Of a DNA stretch of 64,000 nt, positions 49,369 through 59,382 are shown in pieces. Position 1 is the stretch's first letter. Every line of letters starts with the position of its first letter. The notes beneath the pieces are model-generated. The model searched no databases. It was not told where the DNA came from and saw only the letters and a program-made list of their open reading frames with translations. The position numbers were made by a program, and so were the translations under genes. The stretch comes from Candidatus Magasanikiibacteriota bacterium (lineage in GTDB: Bacteria; Patescibacteriota; Patescibacteriia; Magasanikbacterales; GWA2-37-8), in NCBI GenBank assembly GCA_026396515.1, contig JAPLWQ010000003.1, positions 163,569-227,568 of the forward strand, given 5' to 3'.

Positions 49369-50277
49369 ATGAGACACGAATCGGTGCTTTTAAATGAAAT
49401 CATAGAGTTATTAAAACCAAAAAAAGGAGACAGAGTAATTGACTGTACGCTGGGAGATGGCGGCCATGCTGAAGCGATTCTTAATCTGATCGGCGAAAAG
49501 GGCAAATTGCTTGGCATCGATGCAGACCCTGAATCATTGCTTCGGGCAAAAAGATATTTATATAAATTCGGCGAAGGTGCTGTTTTTGCCAGAGACAATT
49601 TTAAAGACTTAAAAAAAATCGCCCAGGCAAACGGATTTGAAGAAGTTGATGCGATACTGATGGATCTTGGCTGGTCATCGCCCCAGTTTGAGGAACGGGG
49701 CAGGGGATTCTCATTTGAAAAAGACGAACCGCTGGATATGAGGTTTGATCCGAATGATGCCAAGCGGGAAACAGCAGCCGCTATTTTGAACAACAGCAGC
49801 AAACCGGAGTTGGTAAAAATTTTCAAACAATTCGGTGAGGAAAAATTTTCAGACGATATTGCGTCGGCAGTGGTTGAAAAAAGAGCAATTGAACCTGTTC
49901 TCACCACAAAACAATTAGTAGGCATAATACTGTCTGTCTACCGCGAAAAACTACACACCGATAAAGAAGTGCCTTGGACAGGCGGGTCACACCCGGCGAC
50001 AAAAATTTTTCAGGGATTGCGGATCGCAGTAAATCAGGAGCTTGAGTCATTAAAACAAGCATTGCCTCAAGCTGTTGACTTGCTAGCAATCGGTGGGCGG
50101 TTGGCGGTTATCACCTTTCATTCGCTTGAAGACAGAATAGTGAAGCAATTTTTTGCCGGAATTGCCGGTAAACAAATCGGGCTAATCAATAAAAAGCCAA
50201 TCGGACCGGATCAGCAGGAAATAGCAATTAACAGGCGCGCCAGGAGCGCTAAAGTAAGAGCAGTAATAAAATTATGA
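49369..50277 (+). CDS. rsmH: 16S rRNA (cytosine1402-N4)-methyltransferase
   Basis: HxPVLL N-terminus and DxTxGxGGH SAM motif. Position after mraZ. Confidence 0.9.
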   Translation: MRHESVLLNEIIELLKPKKGDRVIDCTLGDGGHAEAILNLIGEKGKLLGIDADPESLLRAKRYLYKFGEGAVFARDNFKDLKKIAQANGFEEVDAILMDLGWSSPQFEERGRGFSFEKDEPLDMRFDPNDAKRETAAAILNNSSKPELVKIFKQFGEEKFSDDIASAVVEKRAIEPVLTTKQLVGIILSVYREKLHTDKEVPWTGGSHPATKIFQGLRIAVNQELESLKQALPQAVDLLAIGGRLAVITFHSLEDRIVKQFFAGIAGKQIGLINKKPIGPDQQEIAINRRARSAKVRAVIKL

Positions 50278-50645
50278 TTTTAAAAAGAAAAATTAAATAT
50301 CAGATTGAGCATTACAAGCGATTGTTGCTCGGTTATTGCCGATGCTTATCGATTCCGGCGTGGATATATGGATATAAAGCCCGCCTCGCCTATGCCGGCG
50401 TCTTTGCTTCGTTACTTTTGGCCTATATTTGTCAGGTCAGTGTTGCTTCAGGCAGTGGATATGAAGTGAATGACCTGCAAAAACGGGTAGCTGATCTTAA
50501 ATCGGAAATACAAAAAATAAACGTTGAGGTTGCGAGTCTGAACGCATTGCCAAATTTGGAAAAAAGAGTTCAGACCTCGGGCATGATTGCTGTTGCTTCA
50601 ATTAAATATGTCAAGCCGGCCGATATCGCCGTTGCCAAAAAATAG
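50274..50645 (+). CDS. FtsL-like small bitopic division protein
   Basis: Single TM then a coiled coil. Positioned after rsmH. Call is by position and architecture only. Confidence 0.45.
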   Translation: MILKRKIKYQIEHYKRLLLGYCRCLSIPAWIYGYKARLAYAGVFASLLLAYICQVSVASGSGYEVNDLQKRVADLKSEIQKINVEVASLNALPNLEKRVQTSGMIAVASIKYVKPADIAVAKK

Positions 50646-50710
50646 GTAACTCTCCATAGCCGTTCAAGTCGCCGCGTGCTCCTTGGACGGCTGTTTTATT
50701 TATGGTATAA

Positions 50711-51100
50711 TTGATATTGAAGAATTTCATTATGCTATATTTGATATTACAGCGTTTGTTTTTTGAAGCGCTGTTAGACGCGCTGTATTTTCCGTTTTGG
50801 TGGTACACCGGCGGCGTAAAGCACGCCATGTTTTGGTGCGCCGATATGTTCCAAGTGGGAAACAAAAATTTGTCTCCCGGATTGTGGTTAAAAAATATTT
50901 TTGTTCCGATGTTCGGTCAATATGATATTCAAGGCCGGATTATCAGTTTTCTAATGAGATTTTTTCAGGTGCTGGGCCGCGGATTCGCTTTGTTAATTTG
51001 GCTAATTTTTTGTCTGGCACTGTTTATTGTCTGGTTGGCGATACCGGCAGTTATTGTCTGGGGTTTGGTCGGTTCATTTCTTCCCGCGGCAAAAATATGA
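50711..51100 (+). CDS. Hypothetical small membrane protein
   Basis: Three or four TM helices. Overlaps the start of the next gene. Confidence 0.35.
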   Translation: MILKNFIMLYLILQRLFFEALLDALYFPFWWYTGGVKHAMFWCADMFQVGNKNLSPGLWLKNIFVPMFGQYDIQGRIISFLMRFFQVLGRGFALLIWLIFCLALFIVWLAIPAVIVWGLVGSFLPAAKI

Positions 51101-53871
51101 TGTTTGATCAATTATCGCAACTTAATGTTTTAGCCTGTCCATCGTGCAAAGGGACCGGTTTGGTTGGTTTTAAGAAGTGTTCGCAGTGCAAGGGCGCTTC
51201 GCTTGGTTTATGGCGAAGGAATAAATTGCTCGTTTGGAGCTACCCTCTCACCAGATACAATCTGGCGTTGCTCAACGGCCGTAGAATTTGGAACAAAATC
51301 AGACGCGTTACCCTGATTGTCCTCTGGCTAAACTGCTGGGTTTGGTTTTTGTTTTTAATTTACAGAAGCGGAGCGGCAATAAATTTTATTTCCTCGCCAT
51401 TAGAGTGGCCGGCAGCTTTTTCAGCGCTGTACGGACAGTATAAATTTTTGTTTTGGCTGGGGGCTATTTTTTTGTGCGCTTTGTGGTATCGCGTGATTGT
51501 GGAGAGAAATAAAGCCGGATTGGTGGAGAAATATGATTATAAGAAAAAGGATATTGCTGACGCGCCGCAGAGCGGGTCTATATCCGACTGGTCTCAGGTA
51601 AAAACTATTACAAATAGTAAGCGTTTGGTAATAAATAGCGCTTTTACCGACGAAGCCATGTCCGCCCTGGGAGAAGCATATCGTTTTGCCGATAAACATA
51701 ATTATCCGATGGTTGCAGCGGAGCATCTTTTTTATGCCCTGCTTTCTTTTAACCGCATATCAAATATTTTTATTCGGCTGGGAATCCCGTCCAAGGCCTT
51801 GCAGGATGATGTCTCCGCCTCACTGGGCTCGCCGGCTAAAACGCAGAATTCTTCCTCAATGCCCCTTTTGTCTGTTGATCTTCAGCAAATATTGTTTAGG
51901 TCGTATGAAGAGGCGTATGAAGCACATCAGGATTACGTCAGTGTTACTGAACTCTTAGTAGCGGTGATTAAACAGTCGCCTTTTTTGCAGGAATTAATGT
52001 ATGATTTGAATGTCGAAAAAGATAAATTAATGAATGTGGTTGAATGGGCGAGAATCAGAGAAAGGCTATACCGGCAGTACGTTAAATTATCACGGGCGGC
52101 GAGCAGTCGGTCTAAAACCGGGATGGATAAAGCGATGACGGCATTAGCCACTCCGTTTTTGAATTCTTTCAGCGAAGATATGACGCTACTCTCGCAGCTT
52201 GGCCATTTTGATTATTGTGTTGCCAGAGAAAAAGAGGACGAGGAGATTTTTCGGGTGGTTGACGGCGGGGGAATGAATGTAATATTGGTTGGCCCTCATG
52301 GCGTAGGAAAACGAACAATTGTTGAAGGACTTGCGGAAAAAATGGTTGAAGATGATGTTCCGCCGCGTTTACAGGATAAGCGCTTGGTGAAATTGAGCAT
52401 ATCGTCGCTTCTTGCCGGGACAACGCCTGCGGGAGCTATTGAAAGGCTGATCGGCATAATGAACGATATTGCAAAGGCCAGAAATGTTATATTGTTTATT
52501 CATAATATCCATGAGCTAGTCGGCGTCGCGGCCGGCGGTGGAGGCAGTTTGGATGTCGCCGACACACTCTCCGAGTATTTAAAGAGAGGTCATTTTTTTA
52601 CTATTGCTACCACCACCGATGAAGAATATGCTCAGCATATTGCCGACTCCACTTTATCAAACGTATTTACAAAGATAGATGTAAAAGAAATGGATGAAAA
52701 TCAGGCTATTCAGGTGGTTGAGTCGAAAATTGGCGCTTTGGAACATAAAAATCATGTATTTTTTGCCTACAGTGCGGTAGAAAAATCCGTTCAGTTATCG
52801 GCACGTTATTTGCACGAAATATATTTGCCGGGTAGTGCTTTGGAAATTACCAGCGAGGCAGCTGCTTATACACGATCAAAAAAAGGAGATGACTCTCTGG
52901 TTACTGCCGAGGAAGTCGCGGCCGTTGTATCAGATAAAACCGGCATACCGGTAACTTCGGTTACAACAGATGAATCAAGCAAATTATTAAAGCTTGAAGA
53001 AGAGATGCACCAGCGGGTAATCGGCCAGGAAGAAGCGGTTGATCTGGTGGCGAATGCCTTGCGACGCGCCAGAGTTGAAATCAGATCAAAACAAAGGCCG
53101 ATTGCCAACTTTTTATTTCTTGGTCCGACCGGTGTGGGTAAGACTGAATTGGCAAAAACAATAGCCGATGTATATTTTGGCGGTGAAGAGCGAATGACCC
53201 GGATAGATATGAGCGAATATCAGGATAAGACCGGCATTTATCGTTTAATAGGGGCGCCCGGAGAAAAAGGAACTGGAATTCTTACCGAAGCAATTCGTAG
53301 GCATCCGTTTACTCTGCTGTTGCTCGATGAAATTGAAAAAGCTGATCCGGATATTTTAAATTTATTCTTACAGGTTATGGATGACGGCCGTTTAACGGAT
53401 AGTACCGGGAAAATAGTTGATTTTACCAATGCAATATTGATCGCCACATCAAACGCCGGCACTTCATATGTGCAGGAGCAGATGCGGGCGGGTATTGCAT
53501 CAGACGCCATTAAAGAGCGCCTTCTGCACGGAGAATTAAAACAGTATTTCCGTCCGGAATTTTTAAATCGTTTTGATGGTATTGTACTGTTTAAAGCGCT
53601 GGTACTTGATGATATTAAAAAGATCGCTGGAATAATGTTGTCGCGAGTGGCAAAAGATCTTGAAGCAAAAGGCATGGAATTAGTGATTGAAGATTCGGCT
53701 CTGGACTTTCTCGCATCCGTTGGATTTGACCCTGAATTCGGTGCGCGTCCGATGCGGCGCGCTCTTCAGGAACGCGTTGAAAATAAATTGGCCGAAATGA
53801 TTTTGTCAGGCTTGGTTAAGCGCCGTGATAAAATTGTACTCGGTGAAGGGGGGTCGCTAACAGTCGTATAA
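51099..53871 (+). CDS. Membrane-anchored ClpA/ClpC-like double-AAA+ protein with an N-terminal Cys4 zinc ribbon and a degenerate first ATPase module
   Basis: CPSCKGTG...CSQCKG ribbon. Two TM helices. Clp_N-like repeat. D1 Walker A GPHGVGKRT (Thr replaced by Arg) and Walker B IHNIH instead of IDExH. D2 canonical: GPTGVGKTE, LLLLDEIEKA, sensor/arginine finger, and C-terminal ClpB_D2-small. Start chosen at ATG 51099 (MMFDQL). Confidence 0.8.
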
Positions 53872-53873
53872 AT

Positions 53874-54227
53874 ATGTTTTACTTGCTTAAAGTATTGATT
53901 AAGGATCCTTGGATAATTGCGCCTCTGCTTGTTTCAGCGGGAGGGCAATTGTTTATGTGGCCGTATATAATTATCAAGCTTAGCGCCACGGGTGAACAGG
54001 CTTTTTTGCATTATAATAATATTTTTGGAATTGATTTGGTCGGCGCCTGGTGGAAAGCATTATATTTGCCGCTCGGCGGGTTGGCCATCATTTTAATAAA
54101 TTATTTGCTGATTTTTTATTCTTATAACACTGATAAAATTATCGCGCGTTTATTATCATTTAGCGTCGGATTGTTTCAGCTTTTTTTGGTGTGGGCGGTT
54201 TATTTGATGGTTGAAATTAATTTATAA
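53874..54227 (+). CDS. Hypothetical small membrane protein
   Basis: Three TM helices. 117 aa. Confidence 0.35.
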   Translation: MFYLLKVLIKDPWIIAPLLVSAGGQLFMWPYIIIKLSATGEQAFLHYNNIFGIDLVGAWWKALYLPLGGLAIILINYLLIFYSYNTDKIIARLLSFSVGLFQLFLVWAVYLMVEINL

Positions 54228-54233
54228 TTTTAT

Positions 54234-55343
54234 ATGTTGGAACGAGTGGCCGAGAAAAAGACTGATCGTCTTTTTTTGCTTTATGTGGCTATACTGATTT
54301 TATTCGGTCTGGCTGCTTTAGCCTCTGCCAGCGCACCGTATGGCTATAGCCGTTTTGGCGATATCTACTATTTTGTAAAAAGGCAAATTTTTTATGGGTT
54401 ATTGCCGGGATTATTAATATTTTTTATTTTTATCCGTTTTAAGGCTAGGTTTTGGCAACGTGTCAGTTGGGTTGCATATTTTGCCTGTCTAGCGGCTCTG
54501 ATAATAGTATTTATTCCTGGAGTGGGTGCGGATTTTAATAAATATGCAAAGAGCTGGATTGATATCGGTTTTTTTCATTTTCAACCGGCGGAATTTGTAA
54601 AGCTCGGTCTGATTATGGTTTTGGCTCAAATGTTAAGCGACCCCAGGCGCGACCTGAGAGATTTCAAACACGGTCTCTTGCCTGTGCTTGGCGTTATAGC
54701 GCCGGTGATGTTTTTAGTTCTATTTCAACCGGATATTGGAACGCTGGCGGTGTTGGGTGGCATCTCTTACAGCATGTTATTTTTAGCAAAGACACCAAAG
54801 ATTTACTTGGCAATAATCGGCCTGCTTGGCGTTGCCGGTTTTGCATTAATAGCCTTAGTTGCACCCTACCGCATGGATCGTTTAACCATTTTTTTACATC
54901 CCGAACTTGATCCTCAGGGCGTCGGCTATCACGTAAACCAGGCGTATCTGGCGGTCGGCTCCGGTGGTTTTTGGGGGCTTGGGCTTGGCCATTCACGGCA
55001 AAAGCACGCCTATCTTCCGGAAGTTCAGGCCGACTCCATATACGCTGTTATTGCCGAGGAGCTCGGTTTCTTATTTTCTGCCGGTCTTATGGTTTTCATC
55101 TTACTTATTGCGTGGCGGGGTTTCAATATCGCCAAAGAGGCGTCAGATGAATACGGCTATTTACTTGTTTGCGGAATTATGGTTTGGTTCTTTTGGCAAT
55201 CGTTTATAAATATCGGAGCAATGGTCGGGTTATTGCCTTTGACAGGTGTCACCTTACCCTTTGTCAGCCACGGCGGGTCGTCTCTTATGATTAGCCTGGC
55301 GGCGGTGGGTATTGTTGCCAGTGTCAGCCGTGGATCGCGATAA
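54234..55343 (+). CDS. ftsW: SEDS family peptidoglycan polymerase (FtsW/RodA)
   Basis: About 10 TM helices. Conserved C-terminal PLTGVTLPFVSxGGSS motif. Confidence 0.85.
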   Translation: MLERVAEKKTDRLFLLYVAILILFGLAALASASAPYGYSRFGDIYYFVKRQIFYGLLPGLLIFFIFIRFKARFWQRVSWVAYFACLAALIIVFIPGVGADFNKYAKSWIDIGFFHFQPAEFVKLGLIMVLAQMLSDPRRDLRDFKHGLLPVLGVIAPVMFLVLFQPDIGTLAVLGGISYSMLFLAKTPKIYLAIIGLLGVAGFALIALVAPYRMDRLTIFLHPELDPQGVGYHVNQAYLAVGSGGFWGLGLGHSRQKHAYLPEVQADSIYAVIAEELGFLFSAGLMVFILLIAWRGFNIAKEASDEYGYLLVCGIMVWFFWQSFINIGAMVGLLPLTGVTLPFVSHGGSSLMISLAAVGIVASVSRGSR

Positions 55344-55360
55344 TTATTTTCTGTTTAAAG

Positions 55361-55386
55361 AGAACCCCGAAATGGGGTTTTTTTGA
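55361..55386 (+). terminator. Rho-independent terminator
   Basis: aacccc-gaaat-ggggtt then tttttt. Confidence 0.8.
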
Positions 55387-55499
55387 TTTGCACCATTTTG
55401 ACAAATCAGGCCATTATGATAATATAGTTTTGCTTAAGTAAGCAAAAAATAGCTAATATTCGGCTTAATTTTTTTGGTTATAAAAGCAAAGAGACACTT

Positions 55500-56342
55500 A
55501 TGGATTTATCTATAATCACCGTTACCCACAATGATAAAGATCAAATGGCGGGCCAGCTGGAATCCGTAGAGTCTGCGGCCCGCGATATTAGCGTTGAGCA
55601 ATGGGTTGTTGATAATGGATCAGAGGATGGCACCGCGGAGTTGGTCAGCAAAAATTTTCCGGAAGTGAATATTATAAAAAATTCCGATAACACCGGTTTC
55701 GGCCGTGCCAATAATCAGGCGGCGAAAAAATCCGCCGGCGATTTTTTCCTTTTTTTAAACCCTGATATGCGCTTAGAAGAGCGGGGGTTAGATAAGATTG
55801 TTGCTTGGATGCGGGCGCATCCTGAAGTCGGTATCGCCAGTTGTAAGCTAATTTATGAAAATGGAAAGTTTAATGAAAATGCTAAGCCGCGGCGCTTTCC
55901 CCGTTTGTCAGACCAGATAGCGATTCTTTTGAAGTTACCGCACATATTTCCAAACATACTTGGCGGATACTTGTATAAAGATTTCGATGAAAACAAGGAA
56001 CAGGAAGTTGATACCGTGCGTGGATCATTTATGCTTATGCGTCGTTCACTTTATGAAAAACTCGGTTGGGCTTTCGATCCGCGATACTTTATCTGGTTTG
56101 AAGATGTTGACACTTGCCGTGAGTGCAGGAAATTAGGAATGAAAGTCGTATACACGCCGATTATTTCTTGCGTCGACTATGTCGGCCAGAGTTTTAAAAA
56201 AATGCCGGTAATATGGAAACAGAAAAATTTTACAAAAAGCATGCTGCAGTATTTTCAGAAATGGGAGCCATGGTATAAATGGATCTGGGTTGCGGCGCTT
56301 AGGCCGGTAGCAATCGCATTCTCCGCCATAAATAAGAAATAA
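55500..56342 (+). CDS. GT2 family glycosyltransferase
   Basis: SIITVTHN...NxGFGxANN...DxD (NPD) motifs. Confidence 0.8.
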   Translation: MDLSIITVTHNDKDQMAGQLESVESAARDISVEQWVVDNGSEDGTAELVSKNFPEVNIIKNSDNTGFGRANNQAAKKSAGDFFLFLNPDMRLEERGLDKIVAWMRAHPEVGIASCKLIYENGKFNENAKPRRFPRLSDQIAILLKLPHIFPNILGGYLYKDFDENKEQEVDTVRGSFMLMRRSLYEKLGWAFDPRYFIWFEDVDTCRECRKLGMKVVYTPIISCVDYVGQSFKKMPVIWKQKNFTKSMLQYFQKWEPWYKWIWVAALRPVAIAFSAINKK

Positions 56343-56349
56343 TTTTTTT

Positions 56350-57441
56350 ATGCATAAATTAAGCGTAAATTTGGTTGTCTGCAACGGCGCAAGGTATCTT
56401 CCGTTTATGATTGAGTCGTTAAAGCATCAATTGTTCAAGGATTTTGAAATGATCGTTGTCGACAATGCTTCAACTGACGGCACGGTCGATTTGATAAAAA
56501 AGAGCATGGTTGATTCAGGAATTGAATATCGTTTGATTCAGAATATTGAAAACCTTGGTTTCTCCCATGGTCATAATCAAGCTTATAAGGAAACGCAGAC
56601 GCCGTATTTTGTTCTGATTAACGCTGATACATATTTGATGCCTGACGTGTTGGGGAAAGCGGTATCCTTTTTAGACACCCACACTAATACCGCCGCGGTT
56701 GCTCCACGATTGATGCGTTGGGACTTTGAAATTACGCGTACAGGAATTGGTAGCGGATCCGACTATTCGGCTGTGGCGCGTCAGGGTTTCACTTCGCAGA
56801 TAGACGCTATCGGTATACGGCTGTTTCGCAATCGTCGCGCCGTTGAATGGCTTACCAAACAGGAATGGGCCAAGGATAGCTCTTCGATTGATGTGCAAAA
56901 AATATTTGATAAAAATGTCCTGGAAGTTTTCGGCGTATCCGGCGCTTTCGCGGTTTACCGGAAGAGTGTTATTGATAACGTTCGCCTTCCGGGCGAGAAC
57001 ATGTTTGACCCTACATATCATTCATATAAGGAAGACTTGGATTTGGCGTACCGCTTGCGTAATGCCGGTTACGTTTCCTACGTAATCCTTGACAGCGTTG
57101 TTTATCACGACCGAACAGGAGCCGGACCGATGAAAATGAGCGACTGGGCCGCACTGAAAAACAAAACACGTCAGACATTTTTTGTCCGTTATCATTCATA
57201 TAAAAATCATTTGCGTACTCTATATAAAAATGAATATTGGCAGAATTTCCTGATTGATCTTCCTCTTATTTTCTGGTACGAACTGAAAAAGTTTTTTTAC
57301 ATTCTGTTTATCGACCCGAAAGTAATTTTCATGGGATGGTCGGATATAATTAAGAACCGCAAGTATACCTGTGAGGCGCGTAAGGCGGTCATAAAATCAA
57401 GGCGCATGTATTGGAAAGGGCTGCGAAGATGGTGGTTATAA
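56350..57441 (+). CDS. GT2 family glycosyltransferase
   Basis: LVVCNGARYL...VDNASTDGT...NxGFSHGHN...DAD. Confidence 0.8.
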   Translation: MHKLSVNLVVCNGARYLPFMIESLKHQLFKDFEMIVVDNASTDGTVDLIKKSMVDSGIEYRLIQNIENLGFSHGHNQAYKETQTPYFVLINADTYLMPDVLGKAVSFLDTHTNTAAVAPRLMRWDFEITRTGIGSGSDYSAVARQGFTSQIDAIGIRLFRNRRAVEWLTKQEWAKDSSSIDVQKIFDKNVLEVFGVSGAFAVYRKSVIDNVRLPGENMFDPTYHSYKEDLDLAYRLRNAGYVSYVILDSVVYHDRTGAGPMKMSDWAALKNKTRQTFFVRYHSYKNHLRTLYKNEYWQNFLIDLPLIFWYELKKFFYILFIDPKVIFMGWSDIIKNRKYTCEARKAVIKSRRMYWKGLRRWWL

Positions 57442-57444
57442 AAT

Positions 57445-58275
57445 ATGTTTGACGTTTGTGTAACAATAGTAAACACAAAGGAGCGTGCGGAGATAGAGAA
57501 ATCTCTTGATTCGTTATTCGCCGATTCGATGGAGTCCGGGCTAAATTTTGGCATTGCCGTAATTGATAATTCGTCCGGTGAAGCCGTGGAGGAATTGGAA
57601 AAAAAATACACAAATTTACGAGTTCTCAGGCAGGAGAGAAACATGGGTTTTGGCTATTCGCACAATCGTGCGTTTGAGGCCGTAACGGCGAAGTACTATT
57701 TTATACTCAATCCGGACACCGAATTTCCGGCCGGTCAGAATTTTCTCCGTAGATTAGTAAAATTTATGGATGAAAATCCTAAGATTGGAATGGCTGGTCC
57801 AAAGATATTTTATCCGGACGGTTCTTTACAATATTCCTGCTATCGTTTTCCCTCTTTTTTTCAGCCCGTTTTTTCCAGAACAAGCGCCGGGCAGACCGAA
57901 ACCGGAAAAAAAGCCACCGGCAGGTACTTAATGAAAGATTTTGATCATAATCTTTCGATACCTGTTGACTGGGTTATGGGTTCCGCCATGATTTTTCGCC
58001 GTGCGGCTTATGAGCAGATCGGCGGTTTTGATGAAAGGTATTTTATGTATGCGGAGGATAGCGATTTGTGCCGCCGTCTTTGGGAAGCGGGTTGGGCGGT
58101 TTATTATGTTCACGACATTCATCTGCGCCATACGCACGGGCGGGCGTCGGCAAAAGTGCCCGGTGTTTTTCGGGCACTAATAAAAAATCCATTTACCCGC
58201 GTTCATATTTACAGCTGGTTGAAATACTTTTTTAAATGGCGCAATAATCGCCATTATTATCCGCACGATATATGA
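57445..58275 (+). CDS. GT2 family glycosyltransferase
   Basis: DNSSGE...NxGFGYSHN...NPD...EDSD motif. Confidence 0.8.
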   Translation: MFDVCVTIVNTKERAEIEKSLDSLFADSMESGLNFGIAVIDNSSGEAVEELEKKYTNLRVLRQERNMGFGYSHNRAFEAVTAKYYFILNPDTEFPAGQNFLRRLVKFMDENPKIGMAGPKIFYPDGSLQYSCYRFPSFFQPVFSRTSAGQTETGKKATGRYLMKDFDHNLSIPVDWVMGSAMIFRRAAYEQIGGFDERYFMYAEDSDLCRRLWEAGWAVYYVHDIHLRHTHGRASAKVPGVFRALIKNPFTRVHIYSWLKYFFKWRNNRHYYPHDI

Positions 58276-59366
58276 GTTTACCGAAAACGGCAATTATATA
58301 TCTGTGCTGGGCCGATGAACCGAAAAAGTATTTGGGCGCGGCGCTTGATGCTATTGCAGGGCAAACATATCCGAAAGAGGGGACGATGGTAGTAGTTGTA
58401 TATAATGGTCCCCGTTCAGGTGAAGAATCTCAGCTGGACTATATTAGAAATGAGATCAATGATAAACGGCATAGATTGCCCGATACCGTTGTCCTTGAAC
58501 CGGGAGGTAATGTCGGCTTTTCAGCAGGGAATAATTTTGGCGCCAGATATGCGGTGGAACATGGCGCCGATTATATTTTTTTGCATAATGCCGATGGCTT
58601 TTTGAAAAATACTGCGATAGCTGAGTTGGTTAGGGTCATGGAAAGTGATAAAAATATAGGGGAGTGCCAGCCTTTAATACTTCTATACCCCGAAAGGCAT
58701 CTGATTAATTCAGCAGGAAATGAGTTCCATTATTTGGGTATAGGATTTTGCGCGAGCTACCGCGATGCAGTTAAGGATGTGTATCCGGTTTTTTCCGAAA
58801 TAGGATATGTCAGCGGAGCGGCCGCATTTATGCGCGCTGACCTTCTAAAGCAATTTGGATACTGGAGCGACAGGTTTTTTCTTTATCATGAGGACACCGA
58901 ATATTCGCAGCGTTTAAAAGTTCGTGGTTATAAAATCGGTATGGCTGGCCAGGCGGTGTTTTATCACCAATATGAGTTTTCTAATAAGCCGAATAAGTTT
59001 TTTTGGATTGAGCGGAATCGGCACGCGCTTAAATTGTTGTTCTATAAATGGCCGACATTGATTCTGCTTCTGCCTTTGGAAATAGTGTATAATGTCGGTT
59101 TACTGTTTTTGTCAGCAGTAAACGGGTGGTTTCCTGAATTGATTAAGGTTTACGGATATTGGTTAAAACCAAAAAACTGGAGAGGATGGCTTGCCGACAG
59201 GAAAATATTGCAGAAGCAGAGAATCGTCAGCGACCGCCAAATGATTTTCCGCGCGGCTGTCGGAGTGGGGACAGGGGATTTGCGTCTTCCGGCCATAATA
59301 CGAGTAAGCGTTAATTTCATCTTTACAATTTATTGGTATTTACTTAAAATACTTATCTGGTGGTAA
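58272..59366 (+). CDS. GT2 family glycosyltransferase with C-terminal TM helices
   Basis: NVGFSAGNN...HNAD...HEDTE motif. ATGA overlap with the previous GT2. Confidence 0.7.
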   Translation: MSLPKTAIIYLCWADEPKKYLGAALDAIAGQTYPKEGTMVVVVYNGPRSGEESQLDYIRNEINDKRHRLPDTVVLEPGGNVGFSAGNNFGARYAVEHGADYIFLHNADGFLKNTAIAELVRVMESDKNIGECQPLILLYPERHLINSAGNEFHYLGIGFCASYRDAVKDVYPVFSEIGYVSGAAAFMRADLLKQFGYWSDRFFLYHEDTEYSQRLKVRGYKIGMAGQAVFYHQYEFSNKPNKFFWIERNRHALKLLFYKWPTLILLLPLEIVYNVGLLFLSAVNGWFPELIKVYGYWLKPKNWRGWLADRKILQKQRIVSDRQMIFRAAVGVGTGDLRLPAIIRVSVNFIFTIYWYLLKILIWW

Positions 59367-59382
59367 TAAGATTCGTTACATT

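Noticed and set aside
50998-51098. Upstream extension of the Clp-like ORF (MANFLSGTVYCLVG...)
   Set aside because: It overlaps the preceding membrane ORF in another frame. ATG 51099, immediately after that ORF's stop, gives a clean zinc-ribbon N-terminus.
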